Assembly: GCA_036676395.1 (NCBI GenBank)
Contig: JAKFCY010000002.1
Coordinates: forward strand, 384,001-448,000
Direction: 5' to 3'
Length of the DNA stretch: 64,000 nt
Source: Bdellovibrio sp.
GTDB taxonomy: Bacteria > Bdellovibrionota > Bdellovibrionia > Bdellovibrionales > Bdellovibrionaceae
Shown: positions 47,471 through 57,315 of the stretch, one piece after another
Position numbering within the stretch: position 1 is the stretch's first letter
Layout of the letters: every line of letters begins with the position of its first letter
Program-made: the position numbers and the translations under genes
The notes under the pieces: generated by a model
Database searches by the model: none
What the model was told of the DNA's origin: nothing
Seen by the model: the letters and a program-made list of their open reading frames with translations, nothing else

Positions 47471-48406
47471 TTACTGCAGTTCAACGATGATGGCAAAAGT
47501 TGTTTTTTGATTACGGTAGTCAGGCGATTTTAGAATTCTGAACGGAGACATATTAGCTAAATCGTTTTCGAATTCAAAATAGGTTAACAGGGGATGCCCT
47601 GCGATATATAAACGCTCACCTTTGCGCAAAGTGAATTCCAGCGGAATTTGCAAACTGTCGTTGGGATGAATTTTGTTCAGTTGCAAGCGTATTGAATAGG
47701 TATTTTCATTGATTGCGATAAGGGTCATGCTGATATTGAAACCGCGGTTAGCTGTGCCGTAGTTTTTTCTGGCGATTTGGTTAAGTTCAAGCAACATGCT
47801 ATCTGCAGATGCTTTTTGCGCTGGCGAATCAGCAGAGGCCGGTTCAATAAAAATTTTAATTTCACTATCTTGAATGATTGAATTGGCTGCGAAAGCTTTT
47901 TGCATCACCGAATTAATGTAATCATTATCAGATTCAGTCATTTGTACGGCGACCGAAACATTCTGTGTTGCTGAAACAGGAATTAATCCTTGTGTCGTCG
48001 GCGAAGCTGGTGCCGTAGCAGTAGCTTCGGTCGGGGTGGGATCTGCTTCGCCTGTTCGGGCGGCCCAAGTGTTGGCGGCGGCAGGGGGAGCTTCAAAATC
48101 TGCAGCGTCTTTTGCTATTCCAGCTTCAGTGTTTTGTGCCGTCGTCGTTGGTTGTGTGTTTGGAATCACCGAAGCAAAACGATTAATCCGTTGAATCCAC
48201 TGTTGCGGTCGATCAGTGCGGATTACAAACCACGTTACGCCAACGCCTAAAATAATAACCATGATGAATTGAAACAACCCGCTTTTTGCTAATTTAGTTA
48301 AGATTGGTTCTTCTTTGGGTTTAAACGCAAGCATATCCACACCGCAACTGGCGCAGTATTGATCTTGGGGTTGTCTAAAATGGCAGCGTGGACATTCTAC
48401 AAGCAC
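47471..48406 (-). CDS. Zinc-ribbon, single-TM hypothetical protein
   Basis: CPRC...CASC, TM, A/P/T-rich linker, C-terminal beta domain. Confidence 0.7.
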   Translation of the reverse strand: MLVECPRCHFRQPQDQYCASCGVDMLAFKPKEEPILTKLAKSGLFQFIMVIILGVGVTWFVIRTDRPQQWIQRINRFASVIPNTQPTTTAQNTEAGIAKDAADFEAPPAAANTWAARTGEADPTPTEATATAPASPTTQGLIPVSATQNVSVAVQMTESDNDYINSVMQKAFAANSIIQDSEIKIFIEPASADSPAQKASADSMLLELNQIARKNYGTANRGFNISMTLIAINENTYSIRLQLNKIHPNDSLQIPLEFTLRKGERLYIAGHPLLTYFEFENDLANMSPFRILKSPDYRNQKTTFAIIVELQ

Positions 48407-48429
48407 GCCATAGTTTAATGTATTCTGTC

Positions 48430-48458
48430 TTGACCGACAAATAAGCGAATTTTACACT
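48430..48458 (+). promoter_or_regulatory. Sigma70 promoter of the rsmH-ftsL-ftsI operon
   Basis: TTGACC-N17-TACACT. Confidence 0.65.
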
Positions 48459-48488
48459 CAGGCCCAAAGTCTGGGTAAAGGGGTTATT

Positions 48489-49406
48489 TTGCATCATCAT
48501 GTGCCGGTTTTAGCAGAAGAAGTGATTGCGGCGTTCGATTCATTGAAATCGAAGAATGATCTATCGTATTTTGATGGCACATTCGGGCGTGGTGGACATT
48601 ACAAATTATTAAAAGATAACTATAACATTTCAAAAGCCGTTGCCACCGATCAGGATTTGCAAGCCATCGCTTTTGCTAAAGAAAATTTTCCTGAAGTGAT
48701 AATTCACCATACCAATTTTAATACCTTCGCAGAAACCAATACCGAAAAATTCGACATGATGTTAGCCGATCTTGGTGTAAGTTCGCCGCAACTTGATCAG
48801 GCCGATCGCGGATTTAGTTTTAATAAAGATGGTCCGCTAGATATGCGCATGAATCAAAATCAAAACATGACAGCCGCGCGAATCATCAATGAATTCACTG
48901 AAGATGATTTATTTAAACTTTTTCGCGAGTTCGGCGAAATTCAAAATCCCGCACGCGTGATTAGGGCTATCGTCGAGGATAGAAAAACAACGCCTTTCAC
49001 AACTACGATGCAACTATCTGGATTGATTGAAAGAGTTGATGGCTGGCATAAGAAGGGCTTCAATCCGGCCACTCAATATTTCATGGCCTTAAGACTAGTG
49101 GTGAATCAGGAATTACATGTTGTTGAAGAAGGCATTAAGCAGTTGATGCTGCAGTTAACTGACGGCGGTCGCTTAGCTGTAATTTCTTTTCACTCGCTTG
49201 AAGATCGCATAATTAAAAACTTATTTAAGGACTCAGATCTAGGTTTTTCTGTGAACAAAAAAGTCATTGTTCCCTCTGAAGAAGAGTGCAAAACTAATCC
49301 TAGGGCGCGGAGCGCCAAATTGCGGATCTTTCAAAAAGGTCCACAGCCGGAGAAGCCGGACAAGTTTGCGTTACGCAGAATGCAACGCGAACAGAACGAC
49401 AACTAG
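48489..49406 (+). CDS. rsmH: 16S rRNA m4C1402 methyltransferase MraW
   Basis: HVPVL, DGTFGRGGH, DLGVSSPQLD..RGFSF..GPLDMRM, SFHSLEDR, NPRARSAKLR. Confidence 0.96.
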   Translation: MHHHVPVLAEEVIAAFDSLKSKNDLSYFDGTFGRGGHYKLLKDNYNISKAVATDQDLQAIAFAKENFPEVIIHHTNFNTFAETNTEKFDMMLADLGVSSPQLDQADRGFSFNKDGPLDMRMNQNQNMTAARIINEFTEDDLFKLFREFGEIQNPARVIRAIVEDRKTTPFTTTMQLSGLIERVDGWHKKGFNPATQYFMALRLVVNQELHVVEEGIKQLMLQLTDGGRLAVISFHSLEDRIIKNLFKDSDLGFSVNKKVIVPSEEECKTNPRARSAKLRIFQKGPQPEKPDKFALRRMQREQNDN

Positions 49407-49427
49407 ATTTGCATAAAGAGGTCAAGG

Positions 49428-49745
49428 ATGAGCTCAGAGCATGTAAGGCAGTTAAAGCCTTTTTTAAGCGTGTTTTTTGTTATTTCAACATTGTTCACAG
49501 TAGTTTTCTTAAAAATGGAAGAGCGACGTATGTCTTACGTTGTTTTGAAAAACACCCGCGAATTCAAAAAAAATAAAGAAATGAAAAAGCAAAAAGAAAT
49601 TCAACTGGCGAAGTTGACGCGCCCGCAGTTAGTTGAAAATACCGCGAAACAAAGGCTTACGTTAAAACGCGCCACACAAGCTCAGATCATTCATTTAAAT
49701 CCATCAGTATCACTAAGCTATTTAAATAAAGAGGGGCGTCCTTGA
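49428..49745 (+). CDS. ftsL: Cell division protein FtsL-like
   Basis: TM + coiled coil + L..P..VE..A...L; lies between rsmH and ftsI. Confidence 0.75.
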   Translation: MSSEHVRQLKPFLSVFFVISTLFTVVFLKMEERRMSYVVLKNTREFKKNKEMKKQKEIQLAKLTRPQLVENTAKQRLTLKRATQAQIIHLNPSVSLSYLNKEGRP

Positions 49746-51700
49746 AATCGAAAATAATCACTCTGTTTATTTTTATCTGCGTTCTTTGGTCGGCGTTAAT
49801 ATTTCGTGCGGCCTATTTACAGTTTGTTCCGCACGAAAAATTAAATGCCCTCCAAGAAAAACAATTTCAAACAGTAGTTTCGCTTCCATCTCGCCGCGGC
49901 AGTATTGTTGATCGCAATGGTAAAGATTTAGCGATGTCGTCACCGACGTATTCAATTTACGCTGATCCTAAAATTATCGAAGACCGTAAAGCCACGGCAA
50001 AATTATTAGCTAAAATTTTAAAAGAAAATTCAAACGTAGTTTACGCAAAAATTAAAGATAAATCTAAACGTTTTGTCTGGATTGAAAGATTAGTTTCAGT
50101 TTCACAAGTTGAAGAAATTAAAACTTTTAAAATTCGCGGGCTTGGTTTTGTCGAAGAGTGGAAGCGAGTTTATCCAAATGATCAGTTGTTGGCGACGACA
50201 TTAGGTTTTGTGGGTAAAGAGGGACAGGGCTTAGAAGGCCTAGAGCTTTTTTATGACGAACAATTAAAAGGTGAAAGTAAAAAAGTTTCTATGCGTAAAG
50301 ATGCGCGTGGGCGCCCGTTAATTCAAGACGGAATGCTATTTACAGAAACTCCGCAAGGTAAAGAAATTAAATTAACGATTGATTCTGATTTACAGTACTT
50401 TGTTGAAACAGAATTAAAACAAGCCCTAATTAAACATGATGCTGAGGGTGCTTATGCTGTAGTCCTGGATGCAAAAACTTCGGCGATTCGTGCTATAGCA
50501 AGTCTACCGTCATTTGATTCAAACAATCCGGCGAAAGCAACGCCAGGATTACGCCGTAATCGTTCAGTGACTGACACGTACGAGCCAGGATCAACTCTTA
50601 AAACTTTTGTCATTGCACAAGCTCTAGAAGAAAAAGTTTATCAGGCGAATTCTAAAATCTGGTGCGAAAACGGGGCGTTTAGAATTGGTAAACGTGTTAT
50701 CCGCGAAGCTGAAGCGAATCATTCGCAGGGTTTAATTTCGGTGAGCGAAGTTTTAGCATACTCTTCAAATATTGGAACCAGTAAAATCGCTTTAAAATTA
50801 GGTGATGAAAAACTTCGTCAAGGTTTAATGAAGTTCGGTTTCGGTCAAAAAGCCGGAACTGATCTTCCAGGTGAAGCTAAAGGTATTATCTTAAACCTTC
50901 CTTGGCGCGATCACTTGTTAGCCAATGTTTCTTTCGGTCAGGGGATGACCGCTTCACCATTACAAATGGCCAACGCTTATGCGGCTATTGCCAATGGCGG
51001 AGTGCTAAATGCACCTCATATCGTTGAATCAATCACTGATTTAGAGACGAACAAAACAACTACGACAGAAACAAAACAAATTCGCCGTGTGATTTCAGAA
51101 GAAACTGCTCAGCAAATGCGTTTAATGTTAGCCAGTGTAACTTCAGGAAGAGGTTCTGGGGTATCAGCCCGCGTTGAAGGTTATATCGTAGGCGGTAAAA
51201 CTGGAACCGCCCAGAAGGTGAAATCAGAAGGCCGCGGTTATATTAAAGGCGGCTATATCGGAAGTTTTACTGGATTTATTCCGGCAAATGACCCGCAATA
51301 TGTGATTTATGTAGCCCTAGATTACCCGAAAAAAGGCTACTATGGGTCACAAGTTGCTGGTCCACTTTTTTCTAGTATCGCATCATATGCCGTTCGCCGC
51401 GAAGGTGTTGCTCCTGAAGTTTTAGGCGAGAAAAATATTTCGTCGGTTCCTGTAGCACAAAGCGAAAAGACTGAAAAAGAAGTAGAACAATTTGCGTATG
51501 CAGACTTAAATAATACTACAGCAACGCTTACGACAGTTCCTGATTTTAAAGACTTATCAATTCGCGAGGTTTTGCAAAAAACCGCTAATCAAAATATCAA
51601 ACTTAAAATGATTGGCCGTGGAAAAGTCGAACAAACTCAGCCTGCAGCAGGCGAAGCTTTTGGTGATGATCGCACAATGACTCTAATACTTAAGGAGTAG
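49742..51700 (+). CDS. ftsI: Septal transpeptidase PBP3 with C-terminal PASTA domain
   Basis: RGSIVDRNG, EPGSTLK, SSN, KTGTAQK; VPDF.DLS PASTA. Confidence 0.93.
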   Translation: MKSKIITLFIFICVLWSALIFRAAYLQFVPHEKLNALQEKQFQTVVSLPSRRGSIVDRNGKDLAMSSPTYSIYADPKIIEDRKATAKLLAKILKENSNVVYAKIKDKSKRFVWIERLVSVSQVEEIKTFKIRGLGFVEEWKRVYPNDQLLATTLGFVGKEGQGLEGLELFYDEQLKGESKKVSMRKDARGRPLIQDGMLFTETPQGKEIKLTIDSDLQYFVETELKQALIKHDAEGAYAVVLDAKTSAIRAIASLPSFDSNNPAKATPGLRRNRSVTDTYEPGSTLKTFVIAQALEEKVYQANSKIWCENGAFRIGKRVIREAEANHSQGLISVSEVLAYSSNIGTSKIALKLGDEKLRQGLMKFGFGQKAGTDLPGEAKGIILNLPWRDHLLANVSFGQGMTASPLQMANAYAAIANGGVLNAPHIVESITDLETNKTTTTETKQIRRVISEETAQQMRLMLASVTSGRGSGVSARVEGYIVGGKTGTAQKVKSEGRGYIKGGYIGSFTGFIPANDPQYVIYVALDYPKKGYYGSQVAGPLFSSIASYAVRREGVAPEVLGEKNISSVPVAQSEKTEKEVEQFAYADLNNTTATLTTVPDFKDLSIREVLQKTANQNIKLKMIGRGKVEQTQPAAGEAFGDDRTMTLILKE

Positions 51701-51703
51701 TAG

Positions 51704-52438
51704 ATGAAAATTATCCTAGCTAGCTTATTGGCTTTTTCTTGTTCATTCTCAATGGCCGATACTATGCCGGCACTTATTAAAGTCGGAAGTTTTTCTGAAA
51801 AAAACATCGATCCTAATATCATGAATATTAATTTGCAAATCTGGGCTAAAGCAGCAACGGCTTCGCAGGCTCAAGAGATGTCTAATAAACATGTAAAGCG
51901 TATTAAAGAATTAATTGAAAAATTCAAAGTTAAAAAAGAAGACGTGCAAACTGATTATTACAGCGTAACTCCCGAATATGCTTACGAGCACAAAACAGGG
52001 ATCAGCCGCATTCAAGGTTACAGTGCAATGCATTCTATGACGGTCACATTTAAAAATTTAGATCAAGCCGGTCAATTTATTGATCAAGCAGCCCGTGGTG
52101 ATAAAAACGATAAAGAAAAATCTGGTGTAACTATTGGTAACATCGGTTGGGATTCAGATAAAAAAGGCGAAGCCGAAGCAGAATGTATTACTAAAGCGGT
52201 AAAACAGGCTCGTGGCCGTGCAGATGATTTAGCAAAAGCTGCTGGGGTTAAAATCAAGGGCGTTTACATGATCACGAATCAACAGGTTTACGCAAACTAT
52301 GAATCAGCGCCGATGACTGGTGGCTCTCGTGCAAGTAAAATGGAGATGGCTGCAGATGTTGCAAGCCCTACAGAGCTTAGCCCGGGTAAAATTAAAATCC
52401 GCGCCGATGTCAGCATCGATTATTTAATTCAGAATTAA
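51704..52438 (+). CDS. SIMPL (DUF541/YggE) periplasmic protein
   Basis: Signal peptide; DVQT...PEY, AVKQARGRA..LA.AAG, PGKIKI. Confidence 0.85.
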   Translation: MKIILASLLAFSCSFSMADTMPALIKVGSFSEKNIDPNIMNINLQIWAKAATASQAQEMSNKHVKRIKELIEKFKVKKEDVQTDYYSVTPEYAYEHKTGISRIQGYSAMHSMTVTFKNLDQAGQFIDQAARGDKNDKEKSGVTIGNIGWDSDKKGEAEAECITKAVKQARGRADDLAKAAGVKIKGVYMITNQQVYANYESAPMTGGSRASKMEMAADVASPTELSPGKIKIRADVSIDYLIQN

Positions 52439-52443
52439 CTGCA

Positions 52444-54015
52444 CTAAGCGGAGCGGGATGAATTGTCGCCGTAGACAATCTTTTGCAACCGGCGCACAGC
52501 TAAATCGGTTTGATTTACTTCGTGAGTTGCAATATCTGCTGTTTGCGAACATTCGGTAGCGCTTTTTGAGCTGACAGCTGCGCTAGCGTCGACTTTTTGC
52601 ATGGCTGTATCGATTTCGCGAATTCCGATAGATTGTTCTTGTGCAGCTTCACTGATTTGGCGTGTAAGACCTGCAATGTGTTCAACTGTCGAAGACAACT
52701 GTTCAAAAAGCGATACGCAGCTATTAGCAATTCGCTGTCCATTTGCTGTTTTCTCGACGCTTTGGCTGGTCATGTTTTTAACCGAAGATAAAGTCTGGGT
52801 AATGATTTCAGAAACTCGAGAATCACTTTGCTGTAAAATGCTTTCGATTTCGCGCGCCGCATTTCCGCTGGAAACTGCAAGGTTTGAAACTTCTTCGGCG
52901 ACGACAGCAAAACCTTTTCCGGCCTCACCGGCACGAGCCGCTTCTACGCTGGCATTGAATGATAAAAGTTTAGTTTGAAAAACGATATCATTGATTGCAG
53001 CTGTTTTTAATTTAATATCGTTCATGAGCATCACAATTTCGCTCAGGCCTTCGGTATTTTCTTGGATTTGCTCTGTCAAATCAGCATTCGATTCTTTAAT
53101 GGTCTCAAAAGCTCCCAGCATGTCTCGTAAGGCGTTTTTGCCTTCTTGTGACAGCTGTAAACCGGTTTCGACTAATTTAGTGTTTTGTGATGCATTGTCA
53201 GAAGTTCTTGCGATCATTGATGTAATTTCAGATGTGGCGGCAACAGTTTGTGCTATGGCGGTAGCTTGTTCGTGTGATGCTGCACTTAGATTGTTGCTAG
53301 ATTCACGTAAGCGCTCAGACTGGTCTTTTACAGATTGCGAACTGTTCATCAAATTCGTTGAAATGTCGACCAGATCCACGGTAATTTTTTTCGCTAAATA
53401 CCACGCTAAAAATAATCCGCCAAAAACCAACGCTACACATAAAGTCATAGTGAATAGTTTTGATTTTTGCTGAACGGCTAGGGCTTCTTTACTCCACAGT
53501 TCGCCTAGTGCCACGATAATATCATCTAATTCTAATAATGTTTTTTGATGAGTAGCGACTTTGTTATTCAAATCATTAATAACTTCAGTCGGTAGTCGTT
53601 TGGTTTTGTCTTTCTCTAACCCAGTCAATAAGGTACGAGCGATATTTGCAACTTCATTCCAGTGTTTTTCAGTACGGTCATAAGTTGCTTTTTCGTCGCT
53701 CGTGCTAAAGCCACGGCTAGCATACTCTTTTGCAATTTCTTCGTACCGATTGACAGCCTTATTTAAGCTAGCGACATTTTTATCGCGGTTTTTCTCATCC
53801 ATGCCATCTAAATTTAAAACTAAAATTTCGGTATGGGTTTGACGGCCACGATTTCTTAATCCAGATAGATCACCCAATTTAGGAACAATTTGTGAAATTA
53901 ATAAATTGTACTTTTTTGCAATGGTATTGAATCCATAAATAGTCGCTGTAGAGCTGATTCCAATACCGAATACTAAAACTAAAAAAGTTAATAAGAGTCT
54001 GTGCTTTAACGACAT
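52444..54015 (-). CDS. Methyl-accepting chemotaxis protein (4HB sensor)
   Basis: Two TMs; [33 protein letters not shown]. Confidence 0.95.
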   Translation of the reverse strand: MSLKHRLLLTFLVLVFGIGISSTATIYGFNTIAKKYNLLISQIVPKLGDLSGLRNRGRQTHTEILVLNLDGMDEKNRDKNVASLNKAVNRYEEIAKEYASRGFSTSDEKATYDRTEKHWNEVANIARTLLTGLEKDKTKRLPTEVINDLNNKVATHQKTLLELDDIIVALGELWSKEALAVQQKSKLFTMTLCVALVFGGLFLAWYLAKKITVDLVDISTNLMNSSQSVKDQSERLRESSNNLSAASHEQATAIAQTVAATSEITSMIARTSDNASQNTKLVETGLQLSQEGKNALRDMLGAFETIKESNADLTEQIQENTEGLSEIVMLMNDIKLKTAAINDIVFQTKLLSFNASVEAARAGEAGKGFAVVAEEVSNLAVSSGNAAREIESILQQSDSRVSEIITQTLSSVKNMTSQSVEKTANGQRIANSCVSLFEQLSSTVEHIAGLTRQISEAAQEQSIGIREIDTAMQKVDASAAVSSKSATECSQTADIATHEVNQTDLAVRRLQKIVYGDNSSRSA

Positions 54016-54129
54016 AATTCCCTCGATGATGACAGTGTTTCGGAATTAGTTATGTTGAAATTTAGTCGAAAGAATGGTCGCTTTAAAATCTGGACTCAAT
54101 TGTGAAGACATTGTTAAATGTTTATATAA

Positions 54130-54927
54130 TTAACTACTGGCGCTGGAATAAAAGCGCATACAAAACTTCCAGTACCAATTCATAAAAGTTAAAAGTAAAA
54201 TGGGCATGACAAGTGCCCAAGCGATAAACCCTAACTGAATAGGTTCTAATAAGAATCTTGTAGGGATTGACGCCACCATCGCAAATGGCAACACGAACAA
54301 TAGAACATATCGCAAAAACCCTTTGTAAATTGCATCAGGGCGTAAACCTAAACGAAAAATACTATACCAAACATATTGCAAAAAATCGGCGCGCGAAAAG
54401 ATAATCGCGGTCGAGTTTAAAGCCAGTCGGCCCACAAAAATAACACTTAATCCTGAAGGGATTAATAGAAATAACCAAAACAGGCGATACCAACTAAAAT
54501 CAGGAATTGCTTGCAGGGCCCAGATTAAACCTGCGCCAGTAAATACTAAACACGGTAAATGGGAAATTGAAACCTTTTGTGAACTGATCATAAACATCGA
54601 ATTCACAGGTTTAGTTAACAATAAATCCAGATTTCCTTTTCTGACTTCATCGTTAAATTTAGAAAAATTTGGATCCCATAAAATCATGTAAATTGAATCG
54701 ACAAACAACGCTAAAAATACGAATACGCGCATTTGCTCCAGAGTCCAATCGCCGATGATGTTCGTGTGGCGATAAATTACTTCATATAATAAAAGCTGGG
54801 TGCCGTACCAAATACATTCACCAGCCACTAATAAAAGAAAGTTTAAACGAAACTCAAGATCTGCCACTAAACTGGCTTTAAAAAAAGCGCGGTATAAACC
54901 TAAATATTTTAAAAGGTTTTGTATCAT
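54130..54927 (-). CDS. ABC-2 family (DUF990-like) permease
   Basis: LEFRLNF, GNLDLLLTKPV, six TMs; ORF opens at 54969. Confidence 0.88.
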   Translation of the reverse strand: MIQNLLKYLGLYRAFFKASLVADLEFRLNFLLLVAGECIWYGTQLLLYEVIYRHTNIIGDWTLEQMRVFVFLALFVDSIYMILWDPNFSKFNDEVRKGNLDLLLTKPVNSMFMISSQKVSISHLPCLVFTGAGLIWALQAIPDFSWYRLFWLFLLIPSGLSVIFVGRLALNSTAIIFSRADFLQYVWYSIFRLGLRPDAIYKGFLRYVLLFVLPFAMVASIPTRFLLEPIQLGFIAWALVMPILLLTFMNWYWKFCMRFYSSASS

Positions 54928-55751
54928 TAGGCACCGGTCCCGGTGTAGGATTGCAAACCTTTGCGCCAAAGGACGGCACCAATGATGACAGCTACAACCA
55001 TAGAAATCGTTACGGAGATAAAGCTTTGTAAAACTAAATCAGAATCTGCACGGCCCGTGATATATGCCACCGGAGTATAAACACCGGCTGGAAAAGGCGA
55101 CAATAATAAAATTTTAGCAATCGCAGGAGGCATTAAATCAATAGGCACAAGTTCACCGGCCAGTAGCCACAGGGTTAAGTTTTTTACTAAGGTCAGAGAG
55201 CGAACGCGGGTCATGTAAAAGGCGAAAGTTGAAATTACAAAACTCAACGTGTGCACTAAAAATAAATAATAGAAAACTAATGCAATCGCCATCGGCAGAC
55301 GTGAATAATGAACCGGTAAATCGAAAAATAAAGATACGGCTAGTGGGGCAATCATTGAAATCAACGTGGTTGTGACTTTATAACCCATTAATTGTGATAG
55401 GTAATATTCATAAAAACTAATTGGGCGGGTAAGAATCACATTAATTGAACCGCTGGCGACTTCTTCGACCATCATTGATTCATACATCCAACTGACGGCA
55501 ATGCGGCCTAAAAATGGCGCCCATACTCCATAAGCTAAATAATTATCACGGCCAAAGCCACCGATTTGAACCGCATTGGCGGTTTCAAAGATGGCAAACC
55601 ACATTAGTAGTTCGATCCCTACCGTAATTAACGGTTGAACGAACGCATCAATGAAAAAATTGAAGCGGTATTCTAAATTTGAAACGATAGCAAGCTCGCT
55701 AAATGCGAGATTCCTTCGCCAAAAAGCGATGAATAACTTCTTCAAAATCAA
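54927..55751 (-). CDS. ABC-2 family (DUF990-like) permease
   Basis: LEYRFNF, GSINVILTRP, GELVP, C-terminal YTGTGA. Confidence 0.88.
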   Translation of the reverse strand: MILKKLFIAFWRRNLAFSELAIVSNLEYRFNFFIDAFVQPLITVGIELLMWFAIFETANAVQIGGFGRDNYLAYGVWAPFLGRIAVSWMYESMMVEEVASGSINVILTRPISFYEYYLSQLMGYKVTTTLISMIAPLAVSLFFDLPVHYSRLPMAIALVFYYLFLVHTLSFVISTFAFYMTRVRSLTLVKNLTLWLLAGELVPIDLMPPAIAKILLLSPFPAGVYTPVAYITGRADSDLVLQSFISVTISMVVAVIIGAVLWRKGLQSYTGTGA

Positions 55752-56637
55752 CCTCTTCGATTTTTAGATTAACAACTTCACCAGACTTGACCACTTCGTT
55801 CAGTTTTTCTGATAGTTCTGAGTCCTGAAAAATCAGCTCACGTTCCTGTAGGTCATTTTTATAACGATAAATTAGTTTTTTGCTGGTCTCTGTGGTTTGC
55901 GAAAAGCGCTTCACAGTGCCGTCATAAACCATCTCACCTTTAGAAATTAATAATAAACGATCAGCAAGCTGGGCAATATCATCCATATAGTGAGATGTTA
56001 AAATCACTACTGGTTTATAATCTCGAACATACGATGCCAGAAAATCACGAATCGCACTTTGGGCGACGATATCTAAACCAATGGTTGGTTCATCTAAGAA
56101 TAAAACTTTTGGATTATGCAGTAACGAGCCGATGATTTCCATTTTCATACGTTCACCAAGGCTTAGGCGGCGTAACTGGGTATCAAGTACATGTTGGCAA
56201 GAAAGCATATCAGCTAAATCACTGACGCGTTTTTTTGCGGTATTAACATCGATGTCATAAATTTTTGTTAATAACGAATAACTATCACGCGCAGAAATAT
56301 CCCACCACAGTTGATTTTTTTGTCCGAGTAACAAACTCATTTGACGTAAAAATTCAGTTTCACGCTTCCACGGTTCGAAGCCTAAAACTTTCACCGAACC
56401 TTGTGTTGGGTAAATAAGGCCCGATAAGATTTTTAAAAGCGTAGTTTTGCCAGCGCCGTTAGAACCAACAAGGCCTATGATTTGGCCGCCTTCGATTTCA
56501 AGGTTTACATTTTTTAAGGCAGGTTTTGCCGTGTATTCACGATTCCAAAAACCTTTAATCGAATTTAAGACACCTTCTTTTTTTTGGTAGGTCTTATATT
56601 CGCGTCCTAAGTTTTGCGTTTCGATCACGAAGCTCAT
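55699..56637 (-). CDS. ABC transporter ATP-binding protein
   Basis: GSNGAGKT, LSLGERMK, LFLDEPTIGLD, TSH. Confidence 0.95.
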   Translation of the reverse strand: MSFVIETQNLGREYKTYQKKEGVLNSIKGFWNREYTAKPALKNVNLEIEGGQIIGLVGSNGAGKTTLLKILSGLIYPTQGSVKVLGFEPWKRETEFLRQMSLLLGQKNQLWWDISARDSYSLLTKIYDIDVNTAKKRVSDLADMLSCQHVLDTQLRRLSLGERMKMEIIGSLLHNPKVLFLDEPTIGLDIVAQSAIRDFLASYVRDYKPVVILTSHYMDDIAQLADRLLLISKGEMVYDGTVKRFSQTTETSKKLIYRYKNDLQERELIFQDSELSEKLNEVVKSGEVVNLKIEEVDFEEVIHRFLAKESRI

Positions 56638-57290
56638 ATTAATCCGTTAATGTATTGGCTAATGCCGTTTAAAACTTTCGGGGGAATTTCATGGCCACCA
56701 GAAAAGCTGACAAATTGAGTTTCTAAACCTTTTTGTTTACAAAGGTTTAATAATTTTTGCGTGCCTTTAGCGGGCAGCACTTGATCATTTTCGCCGTGAG
56801 ATAAAAAGATTTTAGCCCCTTTGCGGTTTTCTAGTTTTTGTGTCCATTCGGTCTGACGAATTAAACTTCCAGACATGCTAACTAAGCCCAATGGAGTTTC
56901 AGGTGCTTGTAAATAAATTTCTGTGGCCAACATTGCTCCTTGAGAAAATCCACCTAAAATAATTTTATTCCAAGGAATTTTTAAATCAGTGATCATTTTC
57001 ATAATCGCTGGAATTAAAGCATCCATTGACTCAGGAGTGTAATCACTCCAGTCGCTTGGAAGCGAACTTAAAGTTAATGGCCACCAGGCGCGGCCTGTCC
57101 AGCCAGGGCCAATCGGAACTTCAAATACACCATTTGGAAAACGGTAATTTACTGCACCCTTTAAATGAATATGCTCTTTTAAACTTTCAAGATCATGGGC
57201 ATCAGCCCCGAAGCCATGAAAGAAGATTATCCACGGACAGTCCGCAGCGTCAGTCGGGTGGTCAAAATACTGTATACGTTTGAAGTTCAT
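56634..57290 (-). CDS. Phospholipase/carboxylesterase (abhydrolase_2)
   Basis: FHGFGA, RAWW, GGFSQG, HG.ND, GGHEI. Confidence 0.92.
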   Translation of the reverse strand: MNFKRIQYFDHPTDAADCPWIIFFHGFGADAHDLESLKEHIHLKGAVNYRFPNGVFEVPIGPGWTGRAWWPLTLSSLPSDWSDYTPESMDALIPAIMKMITDLKIPWNKIILGGFSQGAMLATEIYLQAPETPLGLVSMSGSLIRQTEWTQKLENRKGAKIFLSHGENDQVLPAKGTQKLLNLCKQKGLETQFVSFSGGHEIPPKVLNGISQYINGLI

Positions 57291-57315
57291 AAGAAAGTAT
57301 CCTATGCTTTTTGCA

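Noticed and set aside
52515..53473. Several 64-160 aa alternative-frame and antisense ORFs over the MCP gene
   Set aside because: Shadow ORFs of a repetitive coiled-coil coding region; no motifs or start signals
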